64,000 bases of DNA from Armatimonadota bacterium (lineage in GTDB: Bacteria; Armatimonadota; HRBIN16): assembly GCA_963677485.1 (NCBI GenBank), contig OY781964.1, positions 992,001-1,056,000 of the forward strand, read 5' to 3'. Position numbers and translations under genes: made by a program. Shown piece after piece: positions 28,267 to 36,819 of the stretch. Each line of letters opens with the position of its first letter. Position 1 is the stretch's first letter. The notes under the pieces are model-generated. The model worked only from the letters and a program-made list of their open reading frames with translations, was not told the origin of the DNA and searched no databases.

Positions 28267-30063
28267 TTACTTGGCGTTCCGAACTATGTCCTTGATCTGC
28301 AGTAAGGCCTGGTTGCTAGACTTACTGGCTCGCTCGTTCAACAGCTCCACCGACTTGTTTGCACCAATTCCGGTGTGGTCATAATGAAGCATGACCACTT
28401 CACCCGCCAGTAATATCGGCATCACCACCAGCGAGGCCCACATTACCAGACACGCAAGATAATGCTGCACGGTCCGATTCGCCGCGGCGTAGTAGTCCGC
28501 TGTGCGGAGCTTGAACCAAGTCGCCACCGCCACTACAACACCAAAAACGACCCAGCCGTAAGGTGCTACTAAACGGAAGTCCGCGTTACACCGCTTCATA
28601 TTGGTTAGTTGTTCGACTACGAACAGCACGATAAACAAGGTCACAGGTATCCAGTTGCAAGCCACCTCTTGAATCCTGCCGGGTATGGCCACCCCTGCTT
28701 GTTGGCACATACTCTTGTACCGCCAGCGAACCCAGAACCATCCGATGACCATTGGACTGACCAGCAGCCATGCCGCGAGCGGTTCAACACTCGTCGCCGA
28801 GTCTCGCAGCCCTGCAATTGATGCCATCAAGACTACAGCGATGACCAGATAGGCTCCCGCTGTGATTCCGGCCACTTTTCCTACGCCAGGGACGGGCACG
28901 GACTGCTGATGTGACCGTCGCTTGATAAGTGCCCATCCTGCCCAGAATATCTGCCGGATCAAACCCAACATCAGAAGCCAGACCAGCACCCTCAAGGCCT
29001 TCGAATATCCCATCTCCACAGACAGGCTGTCGTCCGCAGGCACTTTCATGAGGTAGCCAGGCCAAAAACAAGGAAATTTAAGCCTACCTAACTGCTGGTG
29101 CACCAACAGATAGTATCTCGCTTGCCGGTCATCTCTCCGTCGAACTGCCATGTCATGCAACGATGCGGCGTTACCCTGGAGGGTTGCTCTCAATTCGTCA
29201 GCATCACACAAAAAATCGGCCCAGTTTTCAGGAAACATCCCAAGATACGTGCGGATGTCCAGCATCGCCTCAGCGGTCTTCGTGTCTCCCCTCTTCGCAA
29301 GCATCATCACAGCGTAATAGAACGGCCGTGAGTAGCCCGGATACGAGGCCACCGTAATGGCTTCATTGAGCCGCTCCCTGGGCACGAACTGTTCGTATAT
29401 CACCGGTTTGGCCAGCCCGCGAAAGGCATCAGTTCTGGCCTGCTGCTGGTAGGTGTGAACCGTCTTCTTGAGGGCCAGCCGATACTGCTCAATCGCCTCC
29501 TTCAGATACCGCTCATCGCGCACCACTACGCCCTCTGGAAGTGTGAGTGCTCCAAACAGACCTTTCGATAGCTTAACATCATCTGGCTGAGTAGCATCAC
29601 ACTCAGGATACTTGAAGGCGGCTTCCAGATAGCAGTTCATCAGCAACAGGTTATATAGCCCGTTGCCAGGATCGAGCTGTTGCCCGCGCGTCAGCCAGGC
29701 GACCATTGACTTCACAGACTGCTGGCGTTGGTGTTCGTCTTCGTTATATCCTTGCATCGGATGTTGGCTCATGTTCAGAGTCAGGATGGCATATAACGCA
29801 CGCTCCGATATCAACCCGTCGCGGCGGTTCCATGCTGTATGCGCCTGACCGATCAACAGAGGCTGTCTGGTCCGCCACATCAGTTGTTCTTTTGGTTGGT
29901 CCACAGACGGCCACACCGCCAGGCCTTCCAGCCAGTTCGGCGGTCCGCCAAAGTCAGGATCACGAGAAAGCAGGATGGCTTCTTGGCCAGAATCCCGTCC
30001 GGCCCAAACCAATCCCAGCAGAATGGCCAAAACAACCAAAGCCAAAGCTCGAATTCTGTTCAT
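28267..30063 (-). CDS. Hypothetical membrane protein, paralog 2
   Basis: RGQQLDPGNGLYNL, CNWIPV, KLRTADYYA and GANKSVE. Confidence 0.75.
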   Translation of the reverse strand: MNRIRALALVVLAILLGLVWAGRDSGQEAILLSRDPDFGGPPNWLEGLAVWPSVDQPKEQLMWRTRQPLLIGQAHTAWNRRDGLISERALYAILTLNMSQHPMQGYNEDEHQRQQSVKSMVAWLTRGQQLDPGNGLYNLLLMNCYLEAAFKYPECDATQPDDVKLSKGLFGALTLPEGVVVRDERYLKEAIEQYRLALKKTVHTYQQQARTDAFRGLAKPVIYEQFVPRERLNEAITVASYPGYSRPFYYAVMMLAKRGDTKTAEAMLDIRTYLGMFPENWADFLCDADELRATLQGNAASLHDMAVRRRDDRQARYYLLVHQQLGRLKFPCFWPGYLMKVPADDSLSVEMGYSKALRVLVWLLMLGLIRQIFWAGWALIKRRSHQQSVPVPGVGKVAGITAGAYLVIAVVLMASIAGLRDSATSVEPLAAWLLVSPMVIGWFWVRWRYKSMCQQAGVAIPGRIQEVACNWIPVTLFIVLFVVEQLTNMKRCNADFRLVAPYGWVVFGVVVAVATWFKLRTADYYAAANRTVQHYLACLVMWASLVVMPILLAGEVVMLHYDHTGIGANKSVELLNERASKSSNQALLQIKDIVRNAK

Positions 30064-30092
30064 CCGATTCACCCTTCGGTATTATCTATCTG

Positions 30093-30131
30093 TTGCCAAT
30101 TGACAATTGATAACTGACAATTGACAATTAG
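30093..30131. repeat. Heptamer tandem repeat (TTGACAA)n
   Basis: TTGCCAA TTGACAA TTGATAA CTGACAA TTGACAA TTAG. Confidence 0.8.
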
Positions 30132-30225
30132 TAGTTGGCTTTCGTGTTAAGGATACCACACAACATCGCGATATGGATAGCCTCATCAACCCAAAATCAA
30201 GGCTTAAGCAATGCTTGTTGTTTTG

Positions 30226-30234
30226 TGATAAAAT
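30226..30234 (+). promoter_or_regulatory. Extended -10 promoter for the rpsF operon
   Basis: TG-A-TAAAAT about 100 nt upstream of rpsF. Confidence 0.5.
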
Positions 30235-30272
30235 AACCTTTGGCATTTTGGCAGCCGAAGCTGCCCCATCTG

Positions 30273-30325
30273 CCTTCCTGCTTCGCGCCAGTAGGGCGCG
30301 AGGCCATTTACAGTCCATAGGGAGG
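30273..30325 (+). promoter_or_regulatory. Candidate S6:S18 ribosomal protein autoregulatory leader
   Basis: CCTTCCT pairs with the SD-containing AGGGAGG. The inner hairpin CTTCGCGCC/GGCGCGAGG is followed by an unpaired CC(A). It lies directly upstream of rpsF. Confidence 0.6.
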
Positions 30326-30335
30326 AGCTTACCCG

Positions 30336-30857
30336 TTGAGCAAGCTTTATGAAACGATGTACATCGTCCATCCCGCCACAGGTGACGAGCGACTAGCCAA
30401 TCTTTTGGCCCGCTTCGGTACCGTGGTGGAGAAGGCCGGTGGCGTAGTCGAGCACAACGCCATGTGGGCGCGACGCCGACTCGAGTACCCGATTAGAAAG
30501 ATGCGCGATGGCATTTATGTCATCATGCTCTACCGCGCACCGCAGGAGGTTCCAGCAGAGCTGGAGCGACTGTTCAACATCTCTGACGACGTGATGCGAT
30601 ATATCAACATCGTGCATGACTTCAAAGAGGCTGATGAGAAGAACTTCATCGCCGACCTGAAGGCTACGATGTATACTGCCGCACCCGCTGCTGCCCCTGC
30701 ACCCGCAGCCGCACCAGCCGCTGCCCCTGCACCGGTTGAAGAAGCTGCAGCACCTGCAGTGGAAACACCAGCAGTGGAAGTACCCGTCGTAGAGGTACCG
30801 GCAGCCGTTGAAGCCGCCGAACAACCCGCCGAAACTGGCGAACCTCAGCAGGCCTAA
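30336..30857 (+). CDS. rpsF: 30S ribosomal protein S6 with Ala/Pro/Glu-rich tail
   Basis: YETMYIVHP, W.RRRLEYPI.K..DG.Y and ELER...I.DDVMRY. TTG start. Confidence 0.96.
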   Translation: MSKLYETMYIVHPATGDERLANLLARFGTVVEKAGGVVEHNAMWARRRLEYPIRKMRDGIYVIMLYRAPQEVPAELERLFNISDDVMRYINIVHDFKEADEKNFIADLKATMYTAAPAAAPAPAAAPAAAPAPVEEAAAPAVETPAVEVPVVEVPAAVEAAEQPAETGEPQQA

Positions 30858-30902
30858 AGCCTACAAAAAACCGACGTTGATTGGAGAAGGGGGGTATCTG
30901 AC

Positions 30903-31376
30903 GTGAATTACAACCGAATCGTACTGGTGGGACGCCTTACCCGCGACCCCGAATATCGCTCGACCCCGCAGGGCAGCACCATCGCCCGGATAAGCGTGGC
31001 GGTAGGACGCAGTTTCAAAAATAAAGACGGCGAATACGACACCGACTTTTTTGATTGCACCGCATGGCAAAGCCAGGCGGAATACGCCATTAACTACCTT
31101 AAAAAGGGACGCCTCGTTCTGGTTGAAGGACGCATGGAAAGCCGCAAGTGGACAAGCCAGGCAGGTGAGAAACACACCTCATGGGATGTTCATGTGGACA
31201 ACATCCGCCCGATGGAATCTAACCGAGATGGCTCTGAAGGTGGTTTTCGGCCAGCCGCACCCGCAGCTCAGTCGAACATAGTACCGCCAGTAAGCAGCGC
31301 GCCTGCCACTGGTGATCCGTTTAACAGCGGCTCGGAAATGCCGTCAGATTACGATCCCTTCGCCGACGAATCATAG
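30903..31376 (+). CDS. ssb: Single-stranded DNA-binding protein
   Basis: NRIVLVGRLTRDPE, YLKKGRLVLVEGR and acidic tail YDPFADES. Confidence 0.97.
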   Translation: MNYNRIVLVGRLTRDPEYRSTPQGSTIARISVAVGRSFKNKDGEYDTDFFDCTAWQSQAEYAINYLKKGRLVLVEGRMESRKWTSQAGEKHTSWDVHVDNIRPMESNRDGSEGGFRPAAPAAQSNIVPPVSSAPATGDPFNSGSEMPSDYDPFADES

Positions 31377-31390
31377 ATTAGGGAGAAACC

Positions 31391-31630
31391 ATGAGACCTA
31401 CAAATGGTAAGCCGCGGTTCAAGAGGCGGCGAAAAGTCTGTGCCTTCTGCGTAGATAAGATACACTATATCGACTTCAAGGATATGCGGCGTCTGTCTCG
31501 CTTCATCACCGATCGCGGGAAGATCATGACCCGCCGAAGCACCGGCACCTGCGCCCGCCATCAGCGCGGCCTCAGCGATGCCATCAAGCGTGCCCGGCAC
31601 ATGGCGCTCGCCATCTTCATGAAGCGCTAG
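31391..31630 (+). CDS. rpsR: 30S ribosomal protein S18 (Zn-binding C+ form)
   Basis: [27 protein letters not shown] and AIKRAR. Confidence 0.97.
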   Translation: MRPTNGKPRFKRRRKVCAFCVDKIHYIDFKDMRRLSRFITDRGKIMTRRSTGTCARHQRGLSDAIKRARHMALAIFMKR

Positions 31631-31649
31631 CTTCGCAGCACAGCACCTT

Positions 31650-31681
31650 AAAGCCCCTGCTTCGGCAGGGGCTTTTTTGTT
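31650..31681 (+). terminator. Rho-independent terminator
   Basis: AAAGCCCCTGC-TTCG-GCAGGGGCTTTTTTG. Confidence 0.9.
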
Positions 31682-31793
31682 GGGGGGGGCTGAAGGTTGG
31701 ACAGTCTCGAATTAACCTTGGGGACAGCGAAAATTCCCCATACCATATATGTATGTGGTCACCCTTGAGATGGAACGTTATAGCAGCATGCTA

Positions 31794-32684
31794 TTATTCG
31801 GTCCTGGCGCATCGAAATCCGATAAGGTAGAAACGGTCCTTAGGGTCGGTTTTGTTGCGGGCGGCACTGCGGAAGCGTATGTCGAGGTTTTGGAACCACG
31901 ACCCCCCGCGTAATACACGCGCGTCTGATACGTTGCTTTGATCTGACGGACCTGCCGGGTTTTGGGCTGGTGCTGTCCTGTAATAATCCGATACATACCA
32001 GTCCGAACACCACTCCATCACGTTACTCGCCATGTCCATACAGCCATATGGGCTGACATCGGAAGCAAAGCTGCCAACCGGTTTGGGACTCTTGAGCTTC
32101 CCATTCACGCCATTAGCACACTTCGAAGCATCCCACTCGTTACCCCATGGGTATTTACGGCCGTCTGTACCCCTGGCAGCCTTCTCCCACTGAGCTTCAG
32201 TGGGTAGAACAGCTTCTGCCCATTTACTATAGTCAAATGCATCCTGCCAGCTTACATTCACGATTGGATGATTCTCCTTCCACCCCCACTCTGGAGCCTT
32301 TGGCATCTCTCTCTTCGTTGCCTTGCAGAATCTACGATATTGTGCGACCGTTACCTCATTTTTATACATCCAGTAGCCATCTAGATAAACTCTGCGTTGA
32401 GGTTTCTCTTCATCTAGACCGAACGCAGTAATTGGTGCACCATCTAACTCCCTCACTTCGGCAGCAACTTGCTCGTCCGTGCTGCCCATGATAAACTCGC
32501 CTGCAGGAACCCACACCATTTCAGCTCCATCTATGGGGTTAATCTTCATCCCGCTGGATTTCGAAGCCGCGTTATTGGGATATAGAGCCGCGTTGCTTGT
32601 TCCTTTACATCCAGCCAACAAGAACAATATGCACAATACCGCCATTAGTATAAGGATAACTTTGTTGCGTGTTGCTGGCTTCAT
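31794..32684 (-). CDS. Formylglycine-generating-enzyme (SUMF1/FGE-sulfatase, CLec fold) family lipoprotein
   Basis: Lipobox LAGC, plus G.F.MGS, EVT..QY, P..NVSW.DA, LPTEAQWEKAARG, RVLRGGSW and IGFRC. Confidence 0.93.
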   Translation of the reverse strand: MKPATRNKVILILMAVLCILFLLAGCKGTSNAALYPNNAASKSSGMKINPIDGAEMVWVPAGEFIMGSTDEQVAAEVRELDGAPITAFGLDEEKPQRRVYLDGYWMYKNEVTVAQYRRFCKATKREMPKAPEWGWKENHPIVNVSWQDAFDYSKWAEAVLPTEAQWEKAARGTDGRKYPWGNEWDASKCANGVNGKLKSPKPVGSFASDVSPYGCMDMASNVMEWCSDWYVSDYYRTAPAQNPAGPSDQSNVSDARVLRGGSWFQNLDIRFRSAARNKTDPKDRFYLIGFRCARTE

Positions 32685-32824
32685 TGATACATCCTCCTCA
32701 GTTCTTTAGTGTTACAGATAAGTAAAGACATGCCTTCCTTTTCTGCTGTGAATAGTTTACACCATTTAGTTAAAGTTGGCAATAAAGTGAAACGTCTCGA
32801 CATTGCTCCTTACCACCCTCCCCT

Positions 32825-33085
32825 GCGCCGGTCGGAGCGGAGCGACGCCGGCCGTTAATGATCAGCCGCGCGGTGCAGGAACCCGCAACGGCGAAGCCCC
32901 GGAGCGTCATCTCCGCGGGTCGTAGCGGTGTGGGTGACTAAACCCGCGGCAGGGTGGCTGGTAGCCTGCGATATGGGCGACCATCAGGCGCGGTGAGGGA
33001 ACCCCGTTAAGGGACGCCAGTCCCGTGGGGTGACTAAACCCGCGGCACTGAGGCTGGTAGCCTGCGATATCAGCGACCAGCGTAT
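32825..33085 (+). repeat. Modular hairpin repeat mosaic, copy 5
   Basis: TAATGATCAGCCG.GCGGTGCAGGAACCCGCA, two GGGTGACTAAACCCGCGGCA and two GGTAGCCTGCGATAT. Confidence 0.85.
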
Positions 33086-33190
33086 TGCTACATGATCGGC
33101 TATCCGCCAGACCGGCGCGGTCTTGAGCCTTCTGTCATCGCTAGCGTACTGACAGACCGCCTCGGACATAGCAATTCACGATGGCCTCCA

Positions 33191-34636
33191 TCAAACAGCC
33201 TTCCCGGTGCAGATGGCCCAGATCAATAGTCCCCCGGCGAGGGACATGATAAGAACCGTCAGCCATCCAAGCGTATTGGACAGCCAGCCATTACGATTTT
33301 TGCCCACGATCTTGCGGTTGTTGCAGATGAACAGTAACACCACAACCAAAGGTGGCGCGACCAATCCGTTGAGAACGGCCGAATAGAGAAGCGCCTTCAC
33401 GGGGCTGATCACACCCACGAAATTCAGCAGGTAGCCCACGATGATGACCAGCGCAATCGTAACATAAAATCCCTTCGCCCGATGGAACCGCCGATACAGG
33501 CCAAACCGCCATCCTGCGGTTTCGGCCACAGCATACGCAGCCGATCCGGCCAAGGTCGGCACCGCTAGCAGACCAACTCCAAGGATGCCTAGTGTGAACA
33601 GCCAGTATGCGGAGGCGCCAAGCGGCAACAGCGCACGTGCGGCATCGGTGGCGGTGTTGATATCTGTCTTTCCAGATGCGTGCAGCGTGGCCGCCGTGGA
33701 GACGATGATGAAGACGGTGATGATCTGTGAATAGATCATCCCGACGGCCGTATCAGCCCTGACAGACCTGATCTCCGAGCGTTTGACCTTGCTGGCGCGG
33801 TGGCCAGCATCGTCGGTGAAGCCTTCGGCAATATCCTCCTCAACCTGCTCTTCCGCCTGCCAGAAGAACAGGTAGGGAGATATCGTGGTGCCCAGAAAGC
33901 CGACTACAGTCAATATGTATAGCGGATTTGAGCTCCAATGCACGACCGTCATATGGTGAATGACCATAAGCCAGTTCACATGCACACTCGGCATCACGGC
34001 AATCACCATATATGTAAACAGCGACAAGCAGGCATACTTCAGAAACTTGACGTAGTGCTTGTAAGGAATGGCGATTACCGCCGCCACCATGCCTATGGTC
34101 AGCAGCAGAGCCCATAACTCAAAGGGCAATCCAAACAGCATCTTCATCGAGTCCGCCATGATGTTGATGTCTGCGTAGACATTAATCGTATTCGCCAACA
34201 CCAGCAGGATCAGCACACTGTACAACAGCCATTTCGAATAGTGCTGCTTGATGATGGCGGATAATCCCTTACTTGTGACAAGGCCTACCCGCCCGCACAT
34301 CTCCTGCACGGCAATCATCAGGGGCACACACACGGGAGCTAGCCATAGAAGCTGGTATCCGAACATCGCTCCTGCGACCGAATAGGTGCCGATACCGGAA
34401 GGGTCGTCATCTGCGGCACCGGTAACTAAACCAGGCCCAATTTTTAGAAACCACGGTCGAGAAGTTGGCGCGGCCTTTCTGCTCTCTTCCTGAGCTTCAT
34501 AGATGTCAGAATGGTCATCCGCAACCCCTTCTGCGAGTGATACCGGATCAGTCGCCTCTGTCACGTCACCAGGCCTCTTAACGGGCTTATTCTTCTTAGC
34601 CAAATACCACTCGCAATCTTGTGATGGGCATGTCAC
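33191..34636 (-). CDS. Nramp-family divalent metal transporter
   Basis: GPGLVTGAADDDPSGIGTYS and GTTISPYLFFWQ, with about 11 TM helices. The true start may be TTG at 34603. Confidence 0.9.
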   Translation of the reverse strand: MTCPSQDCEWYLAKKNKPVKRPGDVTEATDPVSLAEGVADDHSDIYEAQEESRKAAPTSRPWFLKIGPGLVTGAADDDPSGIGTYSVAGAMFGYQLLWLAPVCVPLMIAVQEMCGRVGLVTSKGLSAIIKQHYSKWLLYSVLILLVLANTINVYADINIMADSMKMLFGLPFELWALLLTIGMVAAVIAIPYKHYVKFLKYACLSLFTYMVIAVMPSVHVNWLMVIHHMTVVHWSSNPLYILTVVGFLGTTISPYLFFWQAEEQVEEDIAEGFTDDAGHRASKVKRSEIRSVRADTAVGMIYSQIITVFIIVSTAATLHASGKTDINTATDAARALLPLGASAYWLFTLGILGVGLLAVPTLAGSAAYAVAETAGWRFGLYRRFHRAKGFYVTIALVIIVGYLLNFVGVISPVKALLYSAVLNGLVAPPLVVVLLFICNNRKIVGKNRNGWLSNTLGWLTVLIMSLAGGLLIWAICTGKAV

Positions 34637-34666
34637 CTGACATGCTTATTGGGCGCCGGTTACCGA

Positions 34667-35053
34667 CTAGTGCTTCGGTTGATAATGCTGTCGCACTATG
34701 GCCGCAATTTGGCGATCAGTCATCTTGTCCGCAGTTTCGACGCCTACGATACACGCTCCAAGCCCTTCCTTCTTCAACTTTTTGGCGAATTCGCCTTTCG
34801 CTTCGCCCGGACCGAGTATCAGTATGCTCATGGCATCACGAATATGAGATATCACCTCATCGTAGTATTTACTGAGATGATCCATAAAACGCCTGTCTTG
34901 TTGGTCTTCTGGAGCGACATCCAGTGATGCAGGTATATCACGATCGTTCCGCTCCACGTTTGATGCGAGGTTTGTGATCAGCTCGGTATCACCCGAGATC
35001 GTCACGATGACGGCCTTCTTGTGATCAATCCAGAGACCCACTTCTTTTTTCAT
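34667..35053 (-). CDS. Conserved hypothetical protein, eRF1-domain-2/host-attachment-like fold
   Basis: GLWIDHKKAVIV, ILILGPGEAK and ETADKMT..Q. Start at MKKEV after AAGGGG. Confidence 0.6.
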   Translation of the reverse strand: MKKEVGLWIDHKKAVIVTISGDTELITNLASNVERNDRDIPASLDVAPEDQQDRRFMDHLSKYYDEVISHIRDAMSILILGPGEAKGEFAKKLKKEGLGACIVGVETADKMTDRQIAAIVRQHYQPKH

Positions 35054-35322
35054 TTTGATATCCCCTTTTCGTGTAATGGTCCGATTCATCATCCGCTGGT
35101 TGGTGACGGATCCTGTGCTCACATGCACTAGACAGTCAGAGTTTACCTTTTAATACGACCCAATTGTACGGCCTGACTATTCCGCTATCTGCGGACTGTC
35201 ATTCCCCTCCGTGTCCTCCGCGTCTCCGCGTGAGATTGTTACCCACTAACCCCCAAGAAGGATATCCGCTGCCCTGCACCTAATATCACAGCAGCATACT
35301 ACATATCTCATGAGGTGATACC

Positions 35323-36372
35323 ATGGAGCCACGTAACCTGAGCCCGCTGCAGATGTTCACAAAACTTGCCCAAGAGCACACCCCGTTGTGCCAGTTCCAC
35401 GGCACGAACAAGCCTGAATTTGAGAGCTGGAAAGCCGACACCTACCCCAAAGTCAAGGCCACCCTGGGTGACTGGCCTGAGCGCGTTGACCTCAACCCCG
35501 AGCTGATGGTGGAATGGGAGCAAGACGGTCTGCGAAAACAGCGCTGGCTGATCGATGTCGGGTGCCACATCTCCGCAAGCCTCATCGTCTGCTACCCCAC
35601 CGACATCAAGAAAGGCGAGAAACGCCCGGCAATTCTGGCCTGGCACGGCCATGGTCAGTATGGCAAAGCGCCCGTGATGGGCAACGACTCCAGCCCGGCC
35701 CTGCGTGCCGACATTCAGAACATGAACTACAACTACGGCCATGTGATGGCGTTGAATGGCTATATCACCTTCGGCATCGACTGGATCGGGGCTGGCGAGC
35801 GCAATGACGCGAATAAACCTCACTTCCTTAGCCATGCCGGCGGCCGTGACTGGTGCAACCTCTACTACCTCCACGCCACCATGCTGGGCATGACCTCCCT
35901 CTCCATCAACATCACCCACGGTATAGCCGCCACAGACTTCGTGAGCAGCCTGCCCGAGGTCGACGCCGATCGGATGGGTGTGATGGGCCTTTCGGGCGGG
36001 GGCACCATGACGCTGTGGTCCGCGTTGATGGATGATCGGCTGAAGGCGGCGGAGGTGATGTGCTACAGCGATCTGTGGGAGGTATTCCTGTTCCACGATC
36101 TGAATGCATGCGGCATGCAAGTGGCTCCCGGCTTGTATAAACAGGTCGATCTGCCAGACCTGCAGGGGCTGCTCGCACCGAAGCCGCTGTTGGTTGACAT
36201 CGGTGTATATGACACCTGCTTCAACATCGATTCGTCGATGAAGTGCTTCCATAAACTAGAAAAAATCTATGATGCCGCGGAGGCACGCCATCTACTGGAA
36301 CTCGATCTGTTCGCAGGTGAGCACGGCTGGGGCACCAACAAGAGCGTGGAGTTCTTCGGTAAATACCTGTAG
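35323..36372 (+). CDS. Alpha/beta hydrolase (acetylxylan esterase/dienelactone hydrolase-like)
   Basis: PAILAWHGHG, nucleophile elbow GLSGGG, and C-terminal D and GEH. Confidence 0.88.
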   Translation: MEPRNLSPLQMFTKLAQEHTPLCQFHGTNKPEFESWKADTYPKVKATLGDWPERVDLNPELMVEWEQDGLRKQRWLIDVGCHISASLIVCYPTDIKKGEKRPAILAWHGHGQYGKAPVMGNDSSPALRADIQNMNYNYGHVMALNGYITFGIDWIGAGERNDANKPHFLSHAGGRDWCNLYYLHATMLGMTSLSINITHGIAATDFVSSLPEVDADRMGVMGLSGGGTMTLWSALMDDRLKAAEVMCYSDLWEVFLFHDLNACGMQVAPGLYKQVDLPDLQGLLAPKPLLVDIGVYDTCFNIDSSMKCFHKLEKIYDAAEARHLLELDLFAGEHGWGTNKSVEFFGKYL

Positions 36373-36630
36373 GGTGGTGGCTGCTGGCGGGTTGGGTGGC
36401 TGGTAGCCTGCGACGTGGGCAACCGGCACCGTGTCGACGGGTTCCATCGCCCCAAGGGGCTTCATCACCCGTCGCTGATCATATGGCTGCCCGCGTCGCT
36501 TCGATCCTGCGGGCGTTGGCGGAAGGCTCCCTGCGCCCGCTTGCGGGCTGCGACTCATTAGACGCGCGGTGAGGGAACCCCGTTTAGGGACGCCAGTCCC
36601 GTGGGGTGACTAAACCCGCGGCAGCGTGGC
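36373..36630 (+). repeat. Modular hairpin repeat mosaic, copy 6
   Basis: GTCGACGGGTTCCATCGCCCC ... TAGACGCGCGGTGAGGGAACCCC ... GGGGTGACTAAACCCGCGGCAG. Confidence 0.9.
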
Positions 36631-36819
36631 TGATCATTTACGATAAACACCATCTCCCCCTTTGCGCCTTTGCCCCCTTGCGTCTTTGCGTTGGATACCC
36701 TCTTCGGACCAACCGCCCATCTGTTGTGAATCCTAAAACCGGCATGACACTTAAGGCCGACACCTGCCAGCATGTTATAATATCTGCGAGTACACATACC
36801 CCTTAAGGATACATATAAT

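Noticed and set aside
31680-33190. Complete diversity-generating retroelement
   Set aside because: No reverse transcriptase, avd gene or AAC-rich template repeat is visible in the window. Only a candidate target is reported.
35054-35322. Mn-sensing yybP-ykoY or other riboswitch upstream of the Nramp operon
   Set aside because: Small hairpins exist, but I could not match any consensus aptamer.
19704-36630. CRISPR array
   Set aside because: The repeats are long, modular and separated by whole genes. There is no regular repeat-spacer period and no cas gene.
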